From a bacterium (GTDB taxonomy: Bacteria; Electryoneota; Electryoneia; Electryoneales; Electryoneaceae): a stretch of 26,931 nucleotides of DNA. A model generated the notes under the pieces. The model had not been told where the DNA came from, searched no databases, and saw only the letters and a program-made list of their open reading frames with translations. The DNA lies in contig JAZDLX010000040.1 of NCBI GenBank assembly GCA_043801585.1, forward strand, positions 1-26,931. The letters are read 5' to 3'. Below are positions 17,752 to 26,204 of the stretch, one piece after another (the first letter of the stretch is position 1; each line of letters begins with the position of its first letter). The position numbers and the translations under genes are program-made.

Positions 17752-18845
17752 TGGAAGAGAAACGGTCGAAATTCGTGGCGTGGTTCTACGAACGTCTTCC
17801 CATCGATGCTCTGAAGCAGTACTCGGAACACAAAACCGTACCCCGGACGAAAGACTTTCACTGGTATTTTTTCGGCGGGATCGCCCTGTTCTTTTTCATC
17901 GTTCAGATTGTCACCGGCCTGTTCCTGTTGCTCTACTACAAACCGACGGCGGAGAGCGCCTACGAAAGCGTTCATTTCATCGAGAGCGAAGTCTACTTTG
18001 GCTGGTTGATCCGCAACGTGCACGCCTGGTCGGCGAACCTGATGATCCTCGCCTCGTTTATCCACCTGTTTTCCAACTGGTTTCTCAAAGGGTACCGCAA
18101 ACCCCGGGAGCTCACGTGGATCCTGGGTGTTTTGCTGCTCTTTCTCGGCATGGGATTCGGTTTTTCAGGGTACCTGTTGCCATGGAACAAACTCTCCTTT
18201 TTTGCGACGAAGGTGGGCATCGAGATCGCCGGAGTGACTCCGTTTATCGGTGATTTTCTGATGAAATTCCTGCAGGGCGGGGATGATGTGTCGGGCGCTA
18301 CTCTGACACGGTTTTTTGCCATCCATGTGGCGATTTTGCCCGGTCTCACATTGCTGTTCCTCGTGCTCCATCTTTTTCTCGTCCAGTACCAGGGAATAAG
18401 CAAACCGATCGGCGACACGACGGAAAAATCGATGAAGTTCTTCCCCGATTTTGTCTACCGGGAGCTGGCCGTATGGAGCTTCTGCCTCCTTTTGCTGGCG
18501 TTTCTGGCGGTGTTCTATCCCTTCGATTCCGTGTTTATTCCGCTCGAATTACAGGAAAAGGCGTCCGCCTTCGATCCCACTCCATTAGGGATCAAACCGG
18601 AGTGGTATTTCATGTTCATGTTTCAATCGTTGAAGTACTTCCCCGGCACCATTCTGGGATTGAACGGCAAGGTGATTGCGCTTCTCAATTTTGGAGTGGC
18701 CGCATTGGCACTGTTGACAGTTCCTTTCTGGGACAGGTGGTCCAGTCGCGAGCAACACCATTGGCTGCCGAAAGCGGCTGGTGTGCTGGCAATCGTTTTT
18801 ATCATCGTGTTCACCATTCTTGGCTACGTGGCTCCAGGACATTAA
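17748..18845 (+). CDS. Cytochrome b (b6-like N-terminus fused to subunit-IV-like domain)
   Basis: Four heme-b His (RNVHAWSANLMILASFIH; AIHVAILPGLTLLFLVLH), GYLLPW, Qo motif IKPEWYF; start overlaps the Rieske stop (ATGA). Confidence 0.95.
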   Translation: MMEEKRSKFVAWFYERLPIDALKQYSEHKTVPRTKDFHWYFFGGIALFFFIVQIVTGLFLLLYYKPTAESAYESVHFIESEVYFGWLIRNVHAWSANLMILASFIHLFSNWFLKGYRKPRELTWILGVLLLFLGMGFGFSGYLLPWNKLSFFATKVGIEIAGVTPFIGDFLMKFLQGGDDVSGATLTRFFAIHVAILPGLTLLFLVLHLFLVQYQGISKPIGDTTEKSMKFFPDFVYRELAVWSFCLLLLAFLAVFYPFDSVFIPLELQEKASAFDPTPLGIKPEWYFMFMFQSLKYFPGTILGLNGKVIALLNFGVAALALLTVPFWDRWSSREQHHWLPKAAGVLAIVFIIVFTILGYVAPGH

Positions 18846-18859
18846 AGCGGAGAAAGAAG

Positions 18860-21142
18860 ATGAGGCTGTCAAAATCGGCGATTGTTCCGCCACTGTGGCT
18901 CCTGGTGCTGTCAACAGCCATCCTGCTCTTTTTCGGCGGTCAGGTGTCTTTTGCTGCTGACGCGTGCATCACCTGCCACAAGGATTTCACTCCGGATTTA
19001 ATGGATGCATTTCGTGAGGATGTCCACGCTGCAAATCAGCAGGCCTGTGTGGGGTGCCACGGAGGCAATCCGAATGCTGCTGACGACGACATGGCCGTAG
19101 CGCATGAGACCACGGATTTCACACCACCTCCATGGACGGCATCCGAGTCCGTGGAGCGCTGTGGATCTTGCCATAAAAAAGCTGTGCAAGAACTCGGAAC
19201 AGGCCCGCATCGGGGAGTGATCGGGGAGCATCCTGATCCGGATCTTCCGGGCTGCACCCGCTGCCATGCGTCACATCCGATCTACAAGATCCAGGATGCC
19301 AAGTCTCCGGTGAACAGGACGGCGGTGCTTCAGACGTGCAGTGCATGCCATGCGGATCCTGAGATGATGGCGCGCCACAACCTTTCGCCACAAATCCCCA
19401 ACGAATACCGGAACAGCGTCCATGGACGGGAGTTGCTGACCCGGGACAACGTTGCGGCGCCATCCTGTATCGGGTGTCATGACAATCACAGCGGTCATAA
19501 CGAAAACGTTTCCTCTTTCGATGAAGCCTGTTCCCTGTGTCACCAGCGGGAAGCGAAAGCGTTTAAAACGTCGAAACATCAACGTGTCTGGGAGCTGACA
19601 AATACACCGGTCTGTATCACCTGCCATGGTAGCCATGCGATCGAGATTCCCTCCGTCGAAATGTTGGGAACTGGTCCGGGAACGATCTGCTCGAAATGCC
19701 ACAATCCGGGCGACTCGCCGGATGTTTTCAGGTCTTTACTCGCGAAGATCGAGAAGGAATTCAGCCAGGGTCAGGCCCTGATTGTCGAAGCAGAAAAATC
19801 GGGGAAAAACGTCGACGCCCAAATCAAAATCCTCGAGCAGGTTCGCACCCAGCTTCAGAAAGCTCGCCAAAGCATTCACTACTTCGACCTGGACCGATTC
19901 CGCCGGGAGGTTGACAAGGGTTTGGAGCTAAGTTCGAACATCTCGACATCGGTCGAACAGCTGTTTGGCGAAAGCAGTTGCATCACATGCCATCGCAAGC
20001 TGGATCCTGAGATGGTGGCCGGGTTCAGCAACGATGTCCATGCAGACAAGAAAATATCCTGTGATGGTTGTCATGGAGGCAATCCGCTGTTGCAGGATGA
20101 GAAGGCGATGAGCAAAGAGGCAGGCTTTGTCGGAGTGCCCAAACGGCCGGCAGATATTGGACCTTTCTGTGCGCGTTGCCATTCAAAACCGGAAACCATG
20201 AACGCCTTCGTACCGGGAATCGCGACGGATCAACTCTCACAGTATGCGCTGAGTGGCCACGGCCAGGCTCTATCCAGGAATCCCTTCGACAAGAACGTGG
20301 CAACCTGTGCCAGTTGTCACGGCGTCCATTCGATACGAACGATCGACGATCCCTTGTCTCCCGTGTATGCAGTCAATGTCCCTGGAACATGCAACACATG
20401 TCATGGCAATCGCGCCCTGATGAATTCCTACGGGATTCAGACAAATCCCTATGAAGATTATCGCGGCAGTGTGCATGGGAAAGCGTTGTTGGAACAGGGT
20501 GATGTTTCCGCTCCGGCCTGCAACGATTGCCATGGAAATCATGGTGCAATGCCACCCGAGGTGGATAACATCGCCAACGTCTGTGGCCAGTGTCACCTGA
20601 TCAATGCCAACCTTTTCAAACTTTCGATCCATCGAGGCATCTTTGAATTGCGTGGCATGGAACAATGCAGCAGCTGTCATGGACATCACGCCATCAATCC
20701 TCCTACGGACGCGATGCTTTCCACAATGCCGGGGAGTTTCTGTGCAAAATGCCATGACCCGGGCAGCGCTCCGGACCAGGTGCGTGAAATGTTCACGAAC
20801 CTCGACGCAAAAAGCCTTGGGGCGCGAAATAAACTTCGCCTCGCAGAATCCTACCTGGTCAATGTGGATGATGGATTCTTCAAGCTGGACAAGGCGAAAT
20901 CGGAAATCACCAAGATGCGCGTCCTGGTGCACCTGTTTGACCTTGACACGCTGAAGGTTGCAGACAAGAATACCCTGGCCACCCTTCAGGGGGTGGAGGA
21001 CATCGGAGATAAGGGTATCGAAAATGCCATGTTTCGACGGAAAGGATTCCTGCTTGCGTTGGGTCTCTTTGCGCTCTTCCTGGCAATCGTGATTCTGAAA
21101 ATCAGGGAACTTGACAAGCAACGGAAACTCGAGTCCCAATAA
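18860..21142 (+). CDS. Membrane-anchored 18-heme cytochrome c (2 x 9-heme modules)
   Basis: Signal peptide MRLSK...SFA, 18 CxxCH motifs counted, C-terminal TM (GFLLALGLFALFLAIVILKI); GGAG SD before ATG 18860 (760 aa). Confidence 0.93.
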   Translation: MRLSKSAIVPPLWLLVLSTAILLFFGGQVSFAADACITCHKDFTPDLMDAFREDVHAANQQACVGCHGGNPNAADDDMAVAHETTDFTPPPWTASESVERCGSCHKKAVQELGTGPHRGVIGEHPDPDLPGCTRCHASHPIYKIQDAKSPVNRTAVLQTCSACHADPEMMARHNLSPQIPNEYRNSVHGRELLTRDNVAAPSCIGCHDNHSGHNENVSSFDEACSLCHQREAKAFKTSKHQRVWELTNTPVCITCHGSHAIEIPSVEMLGTGPGTICSKCHNPGDSPDVFRSLLAKIEKEFSQGQALIVEAEKSGKNVDAQIKILEQVRTQLQKARQSIHYFDLDRFRREVDKGLELSSNISTSVEQLFGESSCITCHRKLDPEMVAGFSNDVHADKKISCDGCHGGNPLLQDEKAMSKEAGFVGVPKRPADIGPFCARCHSKPETMNAFVPGIATDQLSQYALSGHGQALSRNPFDKNVATCASCHGVHSIRTIDDPLSPVYAVNVPGTCNTCHGNRALMNSYGIQTNPYEDYRGSVHGKALLEQGDVSAPACNDCHGNHGAMPPEVDNIANVCGQCHLINANLFKLSIHRGIFELRGMEQCSSCHGHHAINPPTDAMLSTMPGSFCAKCHDPGSAPDQVREMFTNLDAKSLGARNKLRLAESYLVNVDDGFFKLDKAKSEITKMRVLVHLFDLDTLKVADKNTLATLQGVEDIGDKGIENAMFRRKGFLLALGLFALFLAIVILKIRELDKQRKLESQ

Positions 21143-21385
21143 TCCCATCGTCGGTCAATGGATCGGCAGGACCGCAGATTGTGCCGCTCGGCAAGCGTGG
21201 AGCATGCTGGCGATTGAATGTTTTCGCGTGGGAAAGACAAAGCTTGATCTCGTGTTCGATCCTGGAAGCTGTTGCTGTTCACATTGGATTGGAAACGGGG
21301 TACGGAGTACGCAGATACAGGTGAGACGGCCGAAGGAATGCCGTCGCGAGATATCGCAGGAACGTGGGGGCAGAAAGGAGCAAAG

Positions 21386-21652
21386 ATGAACGAGGAAAAA
21401 TTCTGGTATGGTTATGGACGAATGATGAAGCTGCTGGAAGCGCTCGGTCTGGTCCTCCTCGTCTTCGGACCCATCGCAGGTATTGTGCTGCTTTTCATGC
21501 AAGATATGGGCGTGCGTTTTGTTGGAGTGTTTCTGATTGTAATGAGCGCTTTCCTCTCGCTGTATCACTTCAGTTTCGCCTATGTGATGCATGCGCTGCG
21601 ACAGGCGTGCAAGGGCAGAATGGAACCGGAGCCGGAGCCGGAGCAGAAATAA
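21386..21652 (+). CDS. Small two-TM hypothetical membrane protein (88 aa)
   Basis: AAGGAG SD before ATG 21386; two hydrophobic helices; C-terminal EPEPEPEQK. Confidence 0.7.
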   Translation: MNEEKFWYGYGRMMKLLEALGLVLLVFGPIAGIVLLFMQDMGVRFVGVFLIVMSAFLSLYHFSFAYVMHALRQACKGRMEPEPEPEQK

Positions 21653-22543
21653 CCGGACAATCCAGGGTTGAAGGATACATCTCTTCCAATGGGGTTGTGG
21701 AACATCGTCAGAGGCGGAACTGATCCACTCAGGTGGCGCAACCTGTCGAAAGTGCTTTTTTTAAACTTATCAAGAGTGTCATCAGGCGATGGTCCGGTCG
21801 AGTGCCATTGCCTGACAGAAACAGTATGAGTCACACAGATGCATGCAGTGAATGCACTGTCTTCTCAAAACGAAGTATCGATGCGGTGCAGCGAGTCGTG
21901 CGGTATTTGTGTGAATCGGAATTGCATGCCATTTCCCTTTCACGATGTTCCCAAGCTCCTTCCGGAATAGTTCCATGATCCGTTTTCATATGGGATCGCT
22001 TTGCCAGTTGTCATAAACACCGGACGATGTGGGATTGTTACATTGGATGGAGCTCAATGACGATGTTTCTTCAAATCATCTTTTTCTTTCATTCAGCAAC
22101 AAACGGAGCACGCAATGCGTATCGACCTCAACGTTTCTGTCTTGAAATCCTTGATTATTATGGGATTTGTCATCGAAGTTCGCAATCCGTACACCGGTGG
22201 TCATCTGTAGAGGGTGTCGCGCTGCCACGATCGAAAGGAGATGGCGATACAGTTTTTACCCGGTTTGTATGGCGGAGGGGAGGATCCACGACCGCGGCGA
22301 GAGGTGAGCGATGGAGCACACCCATCAGCATGGAAAACTGCGAGAGATGCGGTACGAGCCGGATTTGGACTTGATCCAAGAAATCGTTCAGCAGGCTCCC
22401 AAGTCAATCACCCTTCCCGAGTCTGCACAGGAACCGCAGGAAATGAGTAATTCAACGACACCGAGAGCAGGAATGGCTCTTGCATCAGGGGTGCCTGTGA
22501 GGTTTATTTATGCGGTTCCAGAAGCGGGATAGTTTTTACGTAT

Positions 22544-22616
22544 TCCCCGGTAGCTCAATTGGCAGAGCGGGTGGCTGTTAACCACTAGGTTGGGGGTTCA
22601 AGTCCCTCCCGGGGAG
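22544..22616 (+). tRNA. tRNA-Asn (GTT), CCA not encoded
   Basis: Acceptor TCCCCGG/CCGGGGA + G discriminator; D-arm GCTC-AATTGGCA-GAGC; anticodon arm GGTGG-CT-GTT-AA-CCACT; T-arm GGGGG-TTCAAGT-CCCTC. Confidence 0.97.
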
Positions 22617-22617
22617 C

Positions 22618-22857
22618 ATGTTTACGGTTTATGCTATTTATAGTCCATCGATTGATCGTCTCTACATCGGACAAACCGGAGATTTTAAGAACCGCCTTCG
22701 CGCACATCGCGAGGGCGGTTCAGGTTTCACGTCGAGGGCAACGGATTGGATCGTCGTGTATACAGAACGGTATGCGACTCGACAGGAAGCGATTCGTCGA
22801 GAACGGCAATTGAAGTCGTTCCGAGGTCGTGAATTCTTAAGGAAGCGCCTTAAGTAG
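22618..22857 (+). CDS. Stand-alone GIY-YIG nuclease (79 aa)
   Basis: VYAIYS...LYIGQT, conserved Arg/His (RLRAH), FT, catalytic Glu in EAIRRERQLKS. Confidence 0.9.
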   Translation: MFTVYAIYSPSIDRLYIGQTGDFKNRLRAHREGGSGFTSRATDWIVVYTERYATRQEAIRRERQLKSFRGREFLRKRLK

Positions 22858-22909
22858 GCTGTTATCCGCCAGCTGGCGGATGGGGGTTCAAGTCCCTCCC
22901 GGGGAGCAT
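22857..22909 (+). repeat. Duplicated 3' half of tRNA-Asn with an inserted perfect palindrome
   Basis: 22881-22909 is identical to 22591-22619 (29 bp); GGCTGTTA at 22857-22864 equals 22573-22580; the 10 nt between them in the tRNA are replaced by TCCGCCAGCTGGCGGA. Confidence 0.92.
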
Positions 22910-22937
22910 AAAGCCAGGCAGAGACGCCTGGCTTTTT
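22910..22937 (+). terminator. Rho-independent terminator of the tRNA/GIY-YIG transcript
   Basis: AAAGCCAGGC-agagac-GCCTGGCTTT-TT. Confidence 0.85.
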
Positions 22938-22950
22938 CGTTGGTGGGACG

Positions 22951-23007
22951 ATGCACTCGTTATACGTCCTGTATTCCAAGACGCTGGACAAATACTATCG
23001 GTTTTGA
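22951..23007 (+). pseudogene. Remnant N-terminus of a second GIY-YIG nuclease
   Basis: Translates MHSLYVLYSKTLDKYYRF*, cf. MFTVYAIYSPSIDRLYIG; ATC GGT (IG) lies in a shifted frame at the expected position; similarity then ends. Confidence 0.65.
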
Positions 23008-23682
23008 GGTCTATTTAGAAATTCCAGACGGCCGGAAAATGACCTGCGGAACCTCAGAGTCCCTTTCCTCTCTCTTTCTGTCCCACTCAATGGTCAATAG
23101 CTGAATTGCGTCACAAATTGAAAAATGAAGGTTGTTTCCTATCCGTACTTAGGTGCATATTACGCGGTTGCCTGTCTGAATAGTATCCTACAAAAGGTCA
23201 CGATTGTTCTTTCCTTATCTTGGATTCGTACCCTGGCACAATAAAACAATATTCGTTGATCCCTTAAAAATGTCACATCTTCCGATATGTATCGATGAAA
23301 AGGAGGGGAAATCCGGACTCGGAGGGAGCAGATCAAGCGAAAAATGCTGCAGGAAAGAAAACGGCAAAACTTGAGATCAAGAGGACATCGTGATTATACT
23401 ATCAACACCACAGCCACCCATGGCGAACTTTCCAGAATGGTCTGAAGATGTACAATGGAACATCAAAAATGAATTGTGACGGGCGTACTTGAATAGGATT
23501 ATGAAATTGGTGAGCTGGCACTGGAAAATCCCAGTTTCTTATCCCATGTGCTTGTTATTTACGTGAAATCCATTGAATGTCGCTGGGCGCTGGAGGGTAT
23601 GGACCTGTCGCTTGCAGAGATTGTTAACTTCATGATTATATCTTGAATAGTGTAAGAAAACGAGGATTCATCAACAGTAATA

Positions 23683-23709
23683 AAAATTTCCTGACCCTCA
23701 GGAAATTTT
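23683..23709. promoter_or_regulatory. 12-bp perfect inverted repeat directly upstream of fabF; candidate operator
   Basis: AAAATTTCCTGA-CCC-TCAGGAAATTTT. Confidence 0.55.
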
Positions 23710-23712
23710 AAC

Positions 23713-24993
23713 TTGGAGGATCCCACTATTCCCAAGAATAACAGACATAGAGTTGCGATAACCGGGTTAGGGGTTGTGTCACCGATAGGTATCGGCCGTG
23801 ATAATTTCTGGCAAGGCCTGGTTTCCGGCAAAAACGGTGTTGGACTAATTACGCATTTCGACCATACGGATTTCACGTCTCACCTTGCTGCGGAGGTTGG
23901 TGACTTTGATCCGGAAGTATGGATCGACAAGAAAACCTCGCGTAGAATGGACCGGTTTGCTCAATTCGCTGTCGCTGCCGCTACCATGGCAATGGAAGAT
24001 TCTGAACTGGCCTCGTACAATTTCGACAAAGAGAGGACCGGTGTGATCATTGGATCGGGAATAGGGGGCTCACAGACTATAGGCGAGGGATCCGTCGGAT
24101 TGTATGAAAACGGACCAAAAGCATTGACCCCGTTTTTCGTGCCAAAATTGCTGATAAACATGGCCGCAAGTATGGTTTCCATCCGTTTCGGATTAAAGGG
24201 ACCCATTTCTGCATTATCTGTGGCATGTTCCACCGGCGCCAATGCCATTGGCGATGCCTTCAGGATTATCCAGCGGGGTGACGCAGATATTATGCTTGCC
24301 GGCAGTTCGGAGGCGGCGATCACTCCCCTTGCCTTTGGCGGGTTCTGCGCTACTCGATCCATGACCACCAGTACGAATCCGGATAATGGCTGCCGTCCTT
24401 TTGACAAGGAGCGGGATGGTTTTGTCATGGGTGAAGGGGCAGGTATTATTATCCTTGAAAATATGGAACATGCCTTAAAACGAAACGCTCCCGTTTATGC
24501 AGAGCTCACAGGTTATGGAAATACTGCGGAAGCTTATCATTACACTGCACCGGACCCCACCGGTCAGGGAATGATCCGATGTATGAAGCGATCTCTGGAT
24601 GACGCCGGAATCGAGTCCGATCAAGTTGATTATATCAACGCACATGGCACATCTACTGTTTTAAACGATAAGACAGAGTCTTTCGCCATAGCCCAGCTTT
24701 TCGGTGAACACGCCCAAAAGCTGAAAATCAATTCCATTAAATCCATGATCGGACATTTATTGGCAGCAGCTGGTTCGGTTGAGTTTATTTCAACAATTCT
24801 CAGTATCAAAAACGGGATGATTCCACCCACAATTCATTTTCGTACCCGGGATCCCGAATGCCCCCTCGACTATGTTACCGGTAAGGCAGTAGTATCAGAA
24901 GTGGACGTAGCATTGTCTAATTCGTTCGGTTTCGGAGGTGGTAACGTTTCCCTCATCGCTCAAAAATATCGAGAATCAGATGACTATTCCTGA
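23713..24993 (+). CDS. fabF: Beta-ketoacyl-ACP synthase II (start codon uncertain)
   Basis: RVAITGLGVVSPIG, RMDRFAQ, active-site ACSTG, NAHGTST, KSMIGHLL, SNSFGFGG (Cys-His-His triad). Confidence 0.93.
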   Translation: MEDPTIPKNNRHRVAITGLGVVSPIGIGRDNFWQGLVSGKNGVGLITHFDHTDFTSHLAAEVGDFDPEVWIDKKTSRRMDRFAQFAVAAATMAMEDSELASYNFDKERTGVIIGSGIGGSQTIGEGSVGLYENGPKALTPFFVPKLLINMAASMVSIRFGLKGPISALSVACSTGANAIGDAFRIIQRGDADIMLAGSSEAAITPLAFGGFCATRSMTTSTNPDNGCRPFDKERDGFVMGEGAGIIILENMEHALKRNAPVYAELTGYGNTAEAYHYTAPDPTGQGMIRCMKRSLDDAGIESDQVDYINAHGTSTVLNDKTESFAIAQLFGEHAQKLKINSIKSMIGHLLAAAGSVEFISTILSIKNGMIPPTIHFRTRDPECPLDYVTGKAVVSEVDVALSNSFGFGGGNVSLIAQKYRESDDYS

Positions 24994-26080
24994 ATTGAAA
25001 TTAGAAAAACTTACGGCAAGTATTCCCATTGTCCAGGGCGGCATGGGTGTCAGAGTATCGATGGCTCCGCTTGCAGCAGCAGTGGCTAATGAAGGCGGGA
25101 TAGGCACCATTTCCTGTCTTGGACTTGGCGGATTGGATGCCTCCAAGGATCTATTCGAAAAAATTTCTCTGGAAGCCCTCGAAGCTGAAATCCATAAAGC
25201 GTTCAGCATGATAACCAATGGTCATCTTGCAGTAAATATCATGGGCGTCATCAGTAATGCCTACGACATGGTCAAAACATCCGTTATCGCCGGGATTAAA
25301 ATCATTGTTTTTGGCGCCGGCCTTCCAATGAAGCTTCCCACCGTTGTTGAAGATCCTGAAGTAAACCTCGTACCGATAGTCAGCTCGGCCAGAGTTACCG
25401 AGCTCATTCTGCGTGGATGGGATCGTCGCCACGGCATCACCGCTGACGCACTTGTTCTTGAAGGTCCCCTGGCGGGTGGGCACTTGGGATTCTCATTTGA
25501 ACAACTCAAGAATCTTGATGATTTTCGGGTTGAAAAGATTCTTGGGGAAGTTCTTGAGGAGATCAAACCCTTCGAAGATAAATATGGCCGAAAAATCCCT
25601 GTCATTGCCGCCGGTGGAATCTACACAGGTTCAGATATTGGACGAATGCTCAACCTGGGCGCCTCAGGGGTTCAGATGGGAACTCGTTTTGTCTGTACTG
25701 AGGAATGTGGCGTTTCCGATGAGTTTAAGAAGGCCTATCTGGATGCTAAAAAAGAAGATATCGTGATCGTTGAAAGTCCGGTAGGAATGCCGGGCCGAGC
25801 CATCAGAAACAAATTTATCAAAGCTCTTGAAAACGGCGAAAAGATGAAGTTTAAATGTCCCTACAGATGCCTTACCGCCTGTCAGATCGCCAAGGCCAGA
25901 TACTGCATCGCGGAAGTCCTGTTGAACTCCTATTTCGGTGATGTTGATCATGGATTGATCTTTTGCGGAGCTAACGCCTGGCGAGTCAACAAAATTGTCA
26001 GTGTGAAAGACCTGATAAACGAACTCCTTGAAGAATTGAAGGAATACCAGCCAGAATATCATCATGCGGAATCGAAGTGA
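24980..26080 (+). CDS. Nitronate monooxygenase/FabK-superfamily flavoprotein, FabX-like with C-terminal 4-Cys motif
   Basis: PIVQGGMGV, EGPLAGGHLG, VIAAGGI, GVQMGTRF, SPVGMPGRA, CPYRCLTAC...YCIA; ATG 24980 overlaps the fabF 3' end. Confidence 0.85.
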   Translation: MTIPELKLEKLTASIPIVQGGMGVRVSMAPLAAAVANEGGIGTISCLGLGGLDASKDLFEKISLEALEAEIHKAFSMITNGHLAVNIMGVISNAYDMVKTSVIAGIKIIVFGAGLPMKLPTVVEDPEVNLVPIVSSARVTELILRGWDRRHGITADALVLEGPLAGGHLGFSFEQLKNLDDFRVEKILGEVLEEIKPFEDKYGRKIPVIAAGGIYTGSDIGRMLNLGASGVQMGTRFVCTEECGVSDEFKKAYLDAKKEDIVIVESPVGMPGRAIRNKFIKALENGEKMKFKCPYRCLTACQIAKARYCIAEVLLNSYFGDVDHGLIFCGANAWRVNKIVSVKDLINELLEELKEYQPEYHHAESK

Positions 26081-26204
26081 TGTCATGATGGCGGTCTGCC
26101 GTCAAGGGAATTTGCACGATTCAGCTGTTTTTTTAGTGTGGTTTTGGGACGCGGAATCCTGCTGGCATGGCAGACGACTCTCTGTTTTTCCAGGTTTAAT
26201 GAGG

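Noticed and set aside
18473..18859. 129-aa N-terminal extension of the multiheme cytochrome in the ORF track
   Set aside because: Overlaps cytochrome b out of frame; SD and signal peptide indicate the start at 18860.
21653..22532. Short ORFs between the membrane protein and the tRNA, including 22311-22532
   Set aside because: No recognisable motifs. 22311-22532 has a plausible SD but runs through the region where the tRNA promoter should lie; left uncalled.
22857..22909. Second tRNA gene or intron-split tRNA
   Set aside because: No 5' acceptor strand or D-arm; the upstream tRNA is already complete and no group I intron core is evident.
22591..22909. Prophage or ICE attL/attR pair
   Set aside because: Repeats are only 290 bp apart, with no integrase or phage genes in the window.
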